Below are positions 36,701 to 49,830 of a DNA stretch of 64,000 nt, in pieces (the first letter of the stretch is position 1; each line of letters starts with the position of its first letter). The DNA lies in the NCBI RefSeq assembly GCF_009914755.1, contig NC_060935.1; one strand, written 5' to 3'. The position numbers were made by a program, and so were the translations under genes. This stretch comes from the human T2T-CHM13v2.0 reference genome, Homo sapiens. The notes under the pieces were generated by a model that saw only the letters and a list, made by a program, of their open reading frames with translations, did not search any database and was not told where the DNA came from.

Positions 36701-37524
36701 GGCCATGGAGATTTTGAAGAGAGAATTGGATGAGATTATTATCAAACCCAGAAGTTACAAATCACATAATCATGCTCTAGTTTGATGAGTCCTTTAACAA
36801 AATTACCATGAAACTTTTGTCGAGATGCCTCCCAAGGCTGCATTTGTTTCATTAGAAGTTATTCTGAGGATAACATTGTCTCTGCTGCTCTGAGAATTTT
36901 GCTATTGATACAAAGTGACAAGGTTGTGTCTTACTGAAGAGATAATTGGATCATGAACAAAGGGTGAGATTTTTGGGTACAAAGATTGCCCATATCTTTT
37001 TCTGTGGTACCTCCATTCTTTAGATTTCATGTGAAGTCCTCCCAAATGAGAGTGCCCATTATGTGCCAATTTCTGTGCCAGGTGCTTAGGGATATGAGAG
37101 GGGAAAGATATGAGTCTGACTATCAAGTGTCTTAAGTTTTTCCTCAGAGAGCTGCAAGTAACTCATGTGACACAATTATGGAACCCAAAGACATCAAACC
37201 TTGAGCTGCAGTTGCTCAATGTTGTGTGGGCTCCCAGCAAGGTGAGATTACTATAAGTGCGTGATGATGCTAACATTTCTGAAGGAGGTGGCCCTTAGGT
37301 TGAGTCTCTGAGTGTTTCTTTCAAAGCTACCATTGACTTAAGGCCTAGTGTATTCCAGAGGCCGACAGCATGACTTTGGAATCAGATAGGCCTGGGTTTG
37401 GAGCTGGGTTCTATTCTCTACTAAATCCATGGTATCAAATAAATGTGGATAAATGAGACATCATAAACAGGGTGCCTTATACAGAGGTCATGTTCAATAA
37501 ATGATAGATGTTAGATTGTAAAAG

Positions 37525-37790
37525 AATAGCAACAGTATACTCTCTGAAGCCAGAATTTTGGGGTATGAATCCCAGCTCAGCCCCTTACTTTCCGTGTGAT
37601 CTTGGGCAAGTTACTTATCTTCCCCGTGCCTCAGCTTCCTCATCTGTAAAACAGGCATAATGCTACTGCCTATATGTAGGGCTGCAGTGCGGGCTCAAGC
37701 CATTAATAGATATATAATATACAGATAATATGTAGCACATATATTAAAAACATGTAAGTGCTATATGCAAGTAGTACCTATTAATATCAC
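37525..37790 (+). mobile_element. MIR SINE
   Basis: TGTGATCTTGGGCAAGTTACTTATCTTCCCCGTGCCTCAGCTTCCTCATCTGTAAAA. Confidence 0.9.
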
Positions 37791-39169
37791 TATTATAAAA
37801 GTAATCATTTCACATCTACATGTAATCACTTCTACATTGAGAAATAAGGCATTTCCCTCCTGGAGATCCACAGAATAATCCAGAAACACACTGTGCATTT
37901 TTTTCCGTGTGTGTCTGTGTGTGCATGATGGGAAGTGATGGCCTGAGTGATGGAGTTTTTTTTTTTTCCTCACGTTGTGACATTGACACATGCATTTTCA
38001 AATAAATTGAGTTCCCATTTTGCTATACTCATTTGGCAGCAAGCACAAGTTCATGGAAAAATATGAATAGACAAGGGGAAGGTGCACAAAAGGGGGTGGC
38101 GGTGGGAGAGTCAGAGAATCAATTTACAGTTTGTCAAGACAAGAGTATTAATGCCTCCCTTTTATTAAAAAAATTAATGCACTGGGTCCTTGTCTGTCAT
38201 GGATTGTAACAGCTATAGCAATCACTTATTGAATACTCACCATGCATGGGTTTTTTTCTAAGTGCTTTATGAATGCGTTATCTTATTTAATTTTCACAAT
38301 AACCTAAGAAGCTGGTACCATTTGAACAGGCTTTAAGAGGTTAACTGGCCTGAGGTCACATGGTCAGTGTATGATGGAGCCAAGACTAAAATGCGAAGCT
38401 TTCTGACTCTAAAAGGAAATGGTCTTAACTGCAGCTGATGTACAGCCAGGACCTGCCAGGACCAGGACGGCAGCACGGATTATTTGTAGCCACCATCTTT
38501 TCTGATGGGTGGGGCCCCATCATACTGGCTGTTGAATAATTCCACTACCACTACTTGCCAACAATGAGGTGATACTACACTGTTACAATCAGTGGTAGGG
38601 AAAAAGGAGGCAAACGTAGGGTATCTTCTTACAATCTATGACACATTGATTTGAATCTAAAGAGAAATAAAACTAAACTTTAAAATGCACAAGATCTTAG
38701 GAATAAAGTGATCATCAAGTATGTTTGCAACACCTGATCAGCATGGTGGACGGGAAAGAGCACTGGGCTATGAGTCAGAGGAGCTGACTTATAAACGCTT
38801 CTGTCCTCCATGAGAAAGATGCTATTGACAAAAGAATTTTGGTAAATGCAAATAACATAAAATGAAACAAAAATCTAAAAAGGAAAAACAGGCACAATTT
38901 TCAAATTCTTATCTCTTAGGGAAAACCCTTGGGAACTACTGTGACCATTTTTATGGCTCTGCATACTTTCAGAAATATGTTTATATATTCCTCTGTCTGT
39001 TGGGTGACAGGTTGATCTTAGAGGTCCCTTCTGGTTGAAAGCATTCTGACAATAATTCAATAACTCCTGTCAAGGTGTGGAATAGGAGAAGCTGGGGATG
39101 TGCCACTTTTGACTGGCTAGCTGGGTTCTAGTTCATCCCCAGTGAAAAAGTGTCTAAGGGGAAATTTTC

Positions 39170-39930
39170 TTACTGTGTAAAACTGAAAAGCAGAACTCAG
39201 TACAGTATATAATCCTAACAATGCCGTACGAAAACGCAGTAAAAATAGAGTCAATTATACACTGTCAAAGCTTTTCTCTAAACAGCTGCCTAACAGAATA
39301 TGACAATTTTTCCTACAATGTAGTAAAAAATAAAAAAAAGTTCTCTCACAATGCCAACTACACAGGGCCGAATTCATTAACACTTTATTACCTTAAACTC
39401 CATTGTAAGACAAAAATAATATGACGCAACTTGTCACTTTTTTCTTTTCCTGGTTTTGTTACTGTGACACATTAAGATTTGGGCGCCTGCTTGTGTGTTG
39501 TGATCTACATTTAATGATCTTAACAGGGACTTACTAAGACATTGTTCGTTTCTCTTGCGCTATCCCTGAGCGGAGTGTTACATGAACAGTGAGACCCAAT
39601 TATATCATAGTGTAATTTACAAAAGAGAGGGAAAAAAAAAGTTCTTTTCATGGTGTGTTCCCCAATGAGACTAACAGTATTGTAGCAGTTTCTTGGCTCT
39701 GCTTTGCAACAATATAATTAGCTATAATCTGAGCATTTGCATATAGTACATAGAGCAGAGTAATTCTCTGCTTGCTGGTTTAGGATGTAAAACAGTCTTT
39801 TATAAGACAGTTGCTCTGATACACCTAATTTTCCTTAGCACATTTGCATCTATGTTGTGGCTGATTATCACAAATGGAAATTGTCACTTTCAATATGGAA
39901 GAAAAATGAGGAAATGCATCATAATGAAAG
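39170..39930. promoter_or_regulatory. Candidate conserved non-coding element / enhancer
   Basis: About 760 bp repeat-free AT-rich block; two ATTTGCAT octamers (39735-39742, 39842-39849); TAATTA; several ACAAT/ATTGT SOX-type cores; retained CpGs. Confidence 0.6.
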
Positions 39931-41165
39931 GTAGTTTATTTATTTATTTATTTTTATTTTAACCAATAGATTTTGATTGGGGGCTTATTATTGACTCAGG
40001 ACTGGGGCAGAACCCTGATGCCTTAGAGATAAAAAGCTGGACTTCATTTTAATCCAAACTTTGTATGGCTTTATAGTTAGGGTTACATTTCATACACGTC
40101 GTAATTATACTTGAGAATGTCAAGTGCTTCAGCACTAGGATAGCTGGAGCTTCTATTCTAAGCACAGGTCTTTGTTTCCTTTAGTAAACAAGAAGCTACT
40201 AGTAGGGAATTGAGGAACAGAAAGAGAGTTTATTAGTTTGTTATCTCTTTCTTGTGAACTGTCCACTTTCTTACCCTTAATCACCAAATTTGAGATTGAT
40301 TATACATCCATAAACTGGTCACATTAGTTTATTTCATTAATTGATTTCACCTTAGAGAATGTGTGTGTATCATTCCAATGTGTCAGGCAAAAATCTTTAC
40401 ATCAAAAAATCTCTTGAAAATCCCATCAAATTACATTTAAGGGAGTTAAGAAGCTCCATTACAAAAGGCCTATGGGAACTGAGCCAATTGGAGTTCCAAA
40501 GGAACTCCTGAGCCAAAGGAGTAGTGGATTCACAGTAATTTTCCATTTCAGGCTCCCTCCAGGGCACACCTAAATTGCAGGTGGAATGGCCTCATGTTTA
40601 AGTAATTATCTCTCTGTATCCCTATCTTCTCCCCTTTCTTCTTCATCCCATTTAAACAGAAGTGTTTAGTTGACAATAAGCATGACCTTCAACCACTCCC
40701 ACTAGACTGAAAGCTCCACTGGAATGTTGGTCTTGTTTACCTTTGTTTCAGTACTAGCACAGTGCCTGATACATAGTAGGCACTCAGTAAGTATTTATGA
40801 AAAAGGACAATTGAAAGGATTTGCTAATCCTTCAACTTTCAGCCACATGAGATATACAACTAGAAGGATTGATGGCTATCAGGCCCCAATAGTCTTGTTC
40901 ATCATCTCCATCATACCACCTTGAAAATTCAAAAGATGGTGGAGCTGAGATGGTAATGTGTTTTCTCCAAAGTTTGGTTTATTTGTTAACTGCAGGTTAG
41001 GGAATGTAAAATTCCACCTCTTTGGATTGGATTAGAGCTAGCTTTTGGCCAGCCAACATGCATTAATTGGACATTGGGAATTGTGGATTCCTCGAACTAT
41101 GAGGTGTTAATGCTAGACAGACTCTTAGAGATAATGAAGTCCAGGACTCCAAATTCACAGGTAGA

Positions 41166-41595
41166 TGTTATGGGTTACATTGTATCCCTCCTACACTAAT
41201 TCATATTTTGAAGTCCTAACCTCTAATACCTCAAAATGTGACCTTATTTGAAGATAAGATTTTTACAGAGGCAATCAAGCTAAAATCTTAAAATGATGTC
41301 ATTAGGGTAGGCCCTAATCTAATACACCTGATGTCTTTATAAGAAAGGAAAATTTTGGACACAGAGACAGGCGTAGAGGGTAGACGTTATAGAAAGACAC
41401 AGAGGATGACCATGTACAAACCAAGGAGAGAGATGTTGACTGGATTCTTCCTTCATATCCCTAAGAAAGAACCAGCCCTAATAACACCTTGACTTTGTGT
41501 CTTCAACCTCCAGAAATCTATGACTACAAGATACTATTGCTTAAACCACCAAGTCTGTGGTACTTTGCTATGGCAGCTCTAGCAACCTAATACCA
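41166..41595 (+). mobile_element. MLT1B-like solo LTR
   Basis: TGTTATGGGTT...AATGTGACCTTATTTGAAGATAAG...GTGGTACTTTGCTATGGCAGCTCTAGCAACCTAATAC. Confidence 0.9.
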
Positions 41596-42099
41596 TGGGC
41601 AATCTGGGGACCAAATTTAGGTAAATACCCAGGCTGCTTGTTAGGCAAGAGGGTAGATGGTTTTGGCCAGGCTTAAATGTGATCTTTCTCAGCACTAGCA
41701 GCTATTTTTGAGAGGTCATGCAGTCACCTCCATGTGTGATCCCTCTTGAAGAACACTCTAAACTTGGATGTTTAGGAATGTTTAAAATGTTTAGAAAATG
41801 TTTAGGAAGAAAGGACCATATATAATGATTAAGGACATGTGGCAACAAGAAGCCAAACTCTTGCTTCTATGATTCCCTGCTTGTCCCTCAACCAACAAAT
41901 TTGCAGTGCATCAGTGAACTTTTCCTACTTAGTAATACTTGTTGTGATATAGGATGTCAGATTTATTTTCCTATTTTTTGTGATTTTTTTAATGGAAGTT
42001 GTGAAAACAATAGGGGAAGGGAGTAAAGGATATAGAAAGTGGGGAGCAATGGAAAATGCAAGATATAATTCTTCATGATTTGCATACAAACCCTCCAAC

Positions 42100-42680
42100 T
42101 TTTTAGCTTTTTAACTCGAAATAATTTTAATCCTACAAAAAAGTTGCAATAACAGTGAAAGAGCTCTCATATGTCTTTCACCCAGGTTCATCAATTGTCA
42201 AGATTTGTCACATTTTACCACATTTATTTTATCATTATGTATGTTCTTTTCTTCTTAAACATTTCAGTGTGGCTTTCCAAAGAATGAGGTTATTTCCTTA
42301 TGTAACTGCAGTGCAATGATCAAAATCAAGATATTTAACATTGATATTAACTGATAGATATTATTTAAATTTCACCAATTAGTCCAATAATGTCTTTTAT
42401 AGCACTCCCCCCACCAATTCAGGATTCAATGTAAGATTATGTCCTGCATTTAATTTTCATGAATCTCTAATCTGCTTTTACCTGGAAAGATCCCTTCATC
42501 TGCAGATATTGAGATATTTTAAAGAGTACAGTACAAGTCATATGTTTTGTGGATTGTCCTCATTTTTGATTTGTCAGATGCTTTCTTGTGACTGGAGCCA
42601 TGTTGTACCTTTCTGGCACGAAACCTCTAAGGTTGGCTGTATCCTTTCCTGTGCATCATGCCTGATACTGGGTTGTCTCA
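42100..42680 (-). mobile_element. L1MC4/5-type 3' end
   Basis: GAAATAATTTTAATCCTACAAAAAAGTTGCAA...AATTTCACCAATTAGTCCAATAATGTCTTTTATAGC. Confidence 0.75.
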
Positions 42681-44442
42681 CCAGGTTCCTCTCGCCCAAC
42701 ACACTCTATTGGTAGATGAAAACAACAGGTTAATAATGAGTACAGCTAAAGATAACTTTTGAGAGGAAAATGCATGTCTTCATCCATTCATTCATTACAC
42801 ACAGCAATTTTATGATCTCCAGAGCACCAATTTGTTCTTCTTTGGAGAACAGATATATTAGTTTTTGCTTTGTTTCAATGGTTTCCAAAAACTGTTCAGG
42901 TTGTAGAATGCCTGGAAATCAGGACCCTTTTTATGGATTTTTGAAAGGCCCTCTCTAAATGCCTATACCAGAAAACAAAGTGTAAGCTTTCCCCTCTCCC
43001 AAGTGCTCACAACAAAACAAGAAACAAAACAAGCTGTTGAACTAAACATTATCCATTGTTTCTGAGTTTTCCTGTTAACAACTTGTTCTTTGCCCATTCA
43101 TTTTGTGTCCTGTGAGGCCAGTCTAGCAGTGCAGCGGTAGCTGGGTCTGAAATTGTAAAGAAAAAATGTGGGAAGGAAAGGTTGTAGCTAAAGGAATTTC
43201 CTCATTAATATGTGTTCTACAAATTGGAAAAGAATGCTGATGTTGGATTTTAGCTTCAGAATTCATTTGTGAAATGCCTGCAAAGAGGAAATATGAGAAC
43301 TTTGGTTTTCTATAGCATGTTTTCTCAAATGGTACAGGATTAATGGATTATTAGTGTGTGGAGATAGTGGTTCCCCCAGTCTGTGGGATGATTTGGTGGG
43401 GACTAGGGAGCTAGAACCCCTGGGGTGATTGCCTGTGACCACAAACAGCCTTGTAAATTAATCTCCATCGACTCTTAAAATAATCATTTTCTGCGCCCAC
43501 CGTAAAGTGAAAAGATTGGAAAACAATATAGTCACCTGTTTTATTTTATGCCTCTCTGAAAGCAGGTGCTTGAAGGCAGGACTCAGGTCTCATTCATTTA
43601 TTTGTCTTTTTCAATGCATAGCATAAAGCCAGGCACACAATATTTACTCAATATATATTTATTACATAGAAATTGCTGACTCTCTGCTATGAGCAGGCAC
43701 TGCAAGAAAAGCTGTGATGGTGAAGCAATGAGAGACTGCTTGAGGGGCCACTTCTCCAACAGCTGTTGCCTTGGAGGATGGAGAATCTTTTTAAGCACAG
43801 CTTAAAGGACACCTTAAATCTGAAATAGAGCAAATGACAAAGTGGTGAAAGAAGAGACACATAACACATTTCTGGAAAAAGAGAGTGAACCCAATCTCTG
43901 ACAGGATTAGCAGGTTAATTAAAGAATCTGTCCTGATGATGCTGGCACATCTTCAATTCAGACTGACATTAACTCAAGACACAGGCCCCCATCTATCTTT
44001 TCCACCAGCTGCCATGAAGTTGAAATACTTACCAGACAAGTTGATTCTTAAGAATCTTCTAGGCACGTGTAACTCTATCCCAGGTGGAAGCCCACTCCAG
44101 GAGAGGTGATGAGTTAACTCATGGATTAGCAGGAATGGGGTTATCTGATTAACCTTGACCACCTAGTTATGGTCAGTGGGTATAATGAGCAACAGAAAGG
44201 GAAAGTTTAGATGGAGTGAGCAAATTAACACTCTCTGAGCATCTCTCACATGCCTGACACAGTGCTAAGCATATTGCCTCACTTATTTCATTTGATGTGC
44301 TGATTAAGAGTGGCTACTAAGGTATCAGGTAGACCTGGGTTCAAATCCCAGCTCTGTTATATTCTGACTGAATGACTCTGGATAGGCTACTTTTTTGTAA
44401 GCCTTGGTCGTCTTATCTGTAAGACAAGGACAATAATACCTT

Positions 44443-44810
44443 TGTATTAGTTTCCTAGGGATGCCATAACAAATTACCACAAATTTAGTGCTTTAAAACA
44501 ACAGAAATGTATTCCTTTACAGTTCTGGAGGCCAGAAACTCAAAATCAAGGTGTCAGCAGAAGGGAGCTTCCTCTAAAGGCTCTAGAGGAGAATCTGCCC
44601 TTGCCTCTTCCAACTTTGGATGGCGCCAGGCATTCCTTGGCTTGTGACTGCATCACTCCCATCTCTGCCTCCTCCTTCACGTAGCCTTCTCCTCTGTGTC
44701 TTTTTCTATCCTGTATCTCATAAGGACATTTGTCATTGGATTTAGGACCTACCTGGGTAATGCAGAATGTTCTTATCCTGAGATCTCCAACTTATTGTCT
44801 ATAGAGAGCT
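44443..44810 (-). mobile_element. MLT1C/B-like LTR inserted in a MIR
   Basis: TGTATTAGTTTCCTAGGGATGCCATAACAAATTACCACAAA...CAGTTCTGGAGGCCAGAA; MIR head at about 44290-44442. Confidence 0.9.
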
Positions 44811-44971
44811 ATGTCACAATATTATAAAGTCTGGGAACTAGATCTTATTCACCTCTGTTAACATGTTAAAATAGGTTCAGAGAGGTTTATTACCTTGTTC
44901 AAGGTCAAAATGGATTTCCTATACAGTGCTGAGTAACTGCGGACTCTCTGTTTTTGTCCCTCATTGTGAAG

Positions 44972-45290
44972 AGTGGGTTGGATCTTCCAATGCAGACCCT
45001 AAGACAAAAATTTGGGTACAAGTCGATTATTTGGCAAATGATCTTAGGAAACAGTGAGACACTGGGAAAGTGAACAAGGTAAGCAGAAAAGCCAGTGGAA
45101 GTTGCATTATTGTGTGTGCATTACTGCTGTGGGCACTTGGGCCTAAACCCCACCAGGACCGTCTGGGAGGTTGATGTATATGAGAACACAGGTAACCTCC
45201 AGGATGGGCTGAGGGGATACCAGAGGGGCAATAAGAGCTTATCCTACCCTCATAAACTCTACAGTGGCAGAAATCTTGGGGGATCAAGGT
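44972..45290 (-). mobile_element. LTR33-like (ERVL) fragment
   Basis: GCAGACCCTAAGACAAAAATTTGGGTACAAGT...TTATTTGGCAAATGATCTTAGGAA. Confidence 0.6.
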
Positions 45291-45869
45291 AAGAGGAAGC
45301 ACTGAAGTGAGGGATGAAAATGGGCAACAAAAGTCAAACTTAGCTTTTGGTAATTTTGCTTGGGCCACCCTTGGGATGTCTGATGGAATCGCAGATTCTC
45401 AGTGCTGGAGTGGGCATTACCAGTCATGGGATTTGACCTCACTCCCATTGAGGAGATTCCCTTTACAATAACCCATGTCCTCAGATTTGTCCTCAGGGTT
45501 GGTCTACAGCCACTGCTTAGATACACTGCCTGCTGAGGCTGACTGTTTTATTGCTGTACACCTCTAATCATGAAAAAGATCTTTATGTTGATTCAAAATT
45601 TGACTTGTTGGGTCTTCCACCCAGGAGAGCTAGTTCTTTTCCTTGAGCCCTCATTCTTCCTTAAGAGATCTACTTTTGCTTACACATTGCTTTTAGCTTT
45701 GCAATCCCTTCCTGTCCCTGCCCTAAAAGCTGTGGCTCTTTGGAAACACTGTATCCAGCTCCCATGGGGCTCCTGTTTATAATGGTCTAGGAAGTAACTT
45801 AAGTGGTTTTAGAATGAAATATAGCTGAACTGTTAGGGGCAATTTAAGCATATGGAACAGAAAGAAGAA

Positions 45870-46520
45870 CATCTACTCAACAAATGCCAAATAAGCACTA
45901 ACTTTGTGTGTCAGATCTGTGGCCAAGAGTCTGTTAGAAGATATGGACACACAATGATAAACTACAATGTCCAGGATAAAGGTCTTGAAAGGCCATTTCT
46001 AGAAGGAGCAGAATGAGGTGTGCCATGCTTACCAAAGCCTGAAGGACTACCTGCTCTGAGCATTGCAATTTCATCATGAAAACTGGGGAAGACTTCATGG
46101 AGGTGACATTTGAATTGGACTTTGATGAAAGGTTAGGACTTTAACAGACTCTAGTACTAGGAAGAAAAGAATCTGAAGATAGGGGAATGGCACAAAAATG
46201 TCCTAGAGATGAGGGCATGTATGCTTTATTCAGGGCATGGCAACTTATCAGGTGTTCCTAAGAGTTTAGAGTGTGTATGTTTATGTGTTTGTGTGGTTAG
46301 TAGCATATGAGGTTGGGATGGCATGTAACAGGCCCACTTAGATAATATTGTATGACACCTGGTCTTGACTTGTCCATTAGATGATAGAAATGTCTTCAAA
46401 TGCTTTTGCACATGCAAGAGAATGATTCAGTTTTATTTTTAAAAACAGTCACTCTAATATCCTTGTGCAGGATAGGCCAAATTGTAGTGAAATTGGAGAT
46501 AGGAAAATTAGGTAAGGTGG
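45870..46520 (-). mobile_element. L2 LINE fragment
   Basis: CTCAACAAATG...GAAGACTTCATGGAGGTGACATTTGAATTGGACTTTGA. Confidence 0.65.
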
Positions 46521-46868
46521 GAGTGCAGACATTAAGATAATTTACCCATCTATGCTTTTGCCCATTTTTTCATCCATTCTTTCATTCATCTGTCCATCCA
46601 TCCCTCCAATCTTAAGCATTTACATGCAAATTTTTGTGGTAGAAATTAAGATTTTGAAGAAAGGAAAGATATTTTCTATCTTCAAGGGGGTTATGCTATA
46701 GTAGGGGTTGAATTGGGGAAGTGGAGAGGAGAAGGATAGAAAGATGTTTCGGGATTGAAGTAGACTCATCAGTGTCAAATTGCAAATGGATGGGAAAGAA
46801 GAAAAATGGAAAAAAATCCCTCACACTAGAGAGGGATACCTGAAATCCAAGCCCAGTTGTACTATTGG

Positions 46869-46946
46869 CTATACTATACTATACTATACTATACTATACT
46901 ATACTATACTATACTATACTATACTATACTATACTATACTATACTA
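46869..46946. repeat. Perfect (CTATA)n pentanucleotide microsatellite, about 15.6 units
   Basis: Read directly from the sequence; it produces the YTILY repeat in ORF 46780-46962. Confidence 0.97.
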
Positions 46947-49439
46947 CGCACTGGCTGTGTGACCATGGACAAGTCCCTATCCCTCTCTGGGCCTATTTTC
47001 CTCATCCACAAGGTTTGGACTAGGTGATTTCTTTCAGTGCTTGCCATTCCAGGATTCCATTCTTCTATCTCTTTGTCCATTAATTATTAAGAGAAAGAGT
47101 GATGGTTAGGAGCTGGCAAACATTGGGGTGTTTGGACATAGAAAGTGAGCACAGGGCAGTGTGAATCAGTGAGGAAACAGTTGGAGAGACAGATGACTAG
47201 GAACACAGGTTGGAATCAGGAAACAGGGGCTGTGAATGTCAGAATCATGAGCAGTAGTAAGAAACACAATTTTTACAGCTTCGTTCCATCACTTCATCTT
47301 CCAGCTTCTGACATGCTTCCCTGCTTCTGGCTCTAACCTGGCTGGAGTACCCCCAGAAACAACTGCTCAGAAGCCAGATAACCACAATTTCTTCCCCTTC
47401 CATCTCAAGTGGGTCTAAGCCCTGGGCAGGCTTGAGGCAATCCCAGACTAGCAGGGTGTGGACCAGGGGACACTTGGGTAAGGACATGACTGCTCTTCTC
47501 CTCTGTGGGCTGAGAGCCTTATCACTCTGGACTAGAACTTGTTCACTTTTCTTGCCCTGGCCTCTCCTCAGGGCCTTTGTCCTACTTGGCAAAGAAAAGT
47601 CATAGAATCAGGGACCTAGGAGGACATGAGTGGTCACTGATTCTAGAAGACGGGGTGCTCCTTAAGGCAAGGGCCACACCTTGGTGCTTGCTGAATTCTC
47701 AGCCCCTAACAAGATACTGGTTCATAATAGGTGCTCAATCAAACCTCACTGAAGGAATAAATGATTGAATGATTGGCATCAATACATGCTCATTGAAGGA
47801 ATGAATGAAAAATTGAATGATTGGAACCAATCATGTACAAATGACGAAGCTGAAGTCCAGGATGGCCAAGTGGCTACTGAAAAGAACACTGACTTTGGAG
47901 TCAGACAGAGCTGGGGTCATATCTTAGTGCCATTTCTTCTTGACTGTAGCTTTTTAAAATGAAGACAATATGTGCCCTGAAAAGAGCAGTTACGAAGATT
48001 AAAAAGATATTGCAGCTAAAGCGTCTAGAATGATGTGAGCACACAGTTTGCACCCAATATTTTTCAGCTCTAGCTCAAGGGTGTCCAGAGTATCAGTGGC
48101 AATTCTCTGACCTTTGGAAAGAACTAGGGGCATCATGTGAGGAACCCTTGTTTGAAAGGCTTTAAAGACCCTAGACAACCTAATCTGTGTAGGGCATCTT
48201 GGGATACAGCCTTCTTAGAGGGAGAAGGGGGATGGACCAAATGGCCTGGGACCCTTCCCAATCCCTTTTGGGTCTTGGAAACAAGGATGCACTTCTGATC
48301 CTGACCATGGGGTGGCACCAGCCCATCAGGTTAGGTAACTCACAGTGGCAGGCAAGGCCTCTTTGCTTCCCAGCAAGGGTGTTGGAAGAGGGTTGGGGTG
48401 GGGAATGAGCAGGAGTGGGGGTGGGGGAAGGAGCAGCCTAGAGAGTCCAGGTGTTTGTGCCTCTGTGTGCCAGTGTGTGTGTGCCTTTGTGCATGACTGG
48501 GTGGGGGTGGGCTGTAGAAGCATTATGAGGGTGTACGAGCATGTGTGTGAGTGTGTGTGTGCCTGCATGAGCACTAACGATTCAGAGAAAGGAGGCCTTT
48601 GTTTCACTCCTATTTATGTGCAGGGAAATCATTTGACGTAAATGAAATTGCTCTGCCCTAAGGATATTGTATATGGCTGTGGATGAAGTTAGGCTTGGGG
48701 ACGTGGAATTTTCAAGATGTTAGAGGCACTAAAATTTGTTTAGTCAACCCCCCTCATTTTACTCATGGGATAAACCGAGGCCGGATGGGGGCTCTAACCA
48801 GGTATGCCATAGACCCTTGCTGGGCTGGGCCAGAGCTCTGGCTCCCTGACGCTGCCTACCAAGGTTTGAGTGTTTGAGCCTTGTGGCTTCCTCAGGACAA
48901 GGAGCTGGACCACCTGAATATGATGGGTGACCTCCAGGAAGCAAGCCCCGCAAGATGGGGCTGAGGACCCATTACTTAGTCTCACCTGCATTCAGTGGGC
49001 GCTTCTTGGCTTCTCCCTCTTGCACTTCACTCCTCACATCTTGATCCCAAAGCCAGCTCAGACAGGCCCTGTCATCCCCTAGGCAGAACCTCGAGGATAG
49101 CAGGCAGGTGACAGCCTGGGAGTAGAGTCCAGATCTCCTGTCTTCTACCCTGTGTTCTTTTCCTGCTGTCATTGCTTCCATCTTACCTTTGGGGAGGGGC
49201 TCTACCTGCCTCCTCAGTAACCAGGGGATCAGGCCTCAGGGGCACCAGGCCTCAACTCTGCCTTTTCAAGGAACTCAATGATGTCTCCATCCCTTTAATA
49301 AGGACCTTGAGCTATACCCAAGGCCTGATGATGGTCACAGAGATTTAGGCATGCAACTGGTATGCAGCTGGTAAAAATGATGGTGAGCCCCACCATTTGT
49401 TTGCGTTTACTCTGCTCTAAGGACTGGGCTGGGTTCTTT

Positions 49440-49830
49440 AGTTCTGGAGTCAGACTACCTGGGCTTGAAGTCTGCCTCCCTCACTGTCTAGCTCTGTGAC
49501 CTACAGCCAAATTCCTAACCTCTCTGATTCCACATTTTAAAGTCAGAGATGTCATGTGTGCCTACCAGGGAGAGTTGTTGATAGGCTTAAATGAATTAAC
49601 ACACATAAAGTGCCTAACACTAATGTCTCAATACATGTTGTTACTGTTACACTTTAAATCTTACAACAACCCTGCCCCAAATGGGAGAGAGGATGCTCCC
49701 ATATTATGAATGAGAAAACTGAGATCCAAGGAGTTGGTGTATTATATATGATTCAAAGTAACAGCTAGCAAATAGCGGGTATGATGCTAAAATCCAAGTC
49801 TCGATTCAGACCTTATGCCAGTCCTCTGAA
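49440..49830. mobile_element. Adjacent/nested MIRs in opposite orientations
   Basis: + MIR (TCTGGAGTCAGACTACCTGGG...) followed by a - MIR (CAACAACCCTG...GAGAAAACTGAG). Confidence 0.75.
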
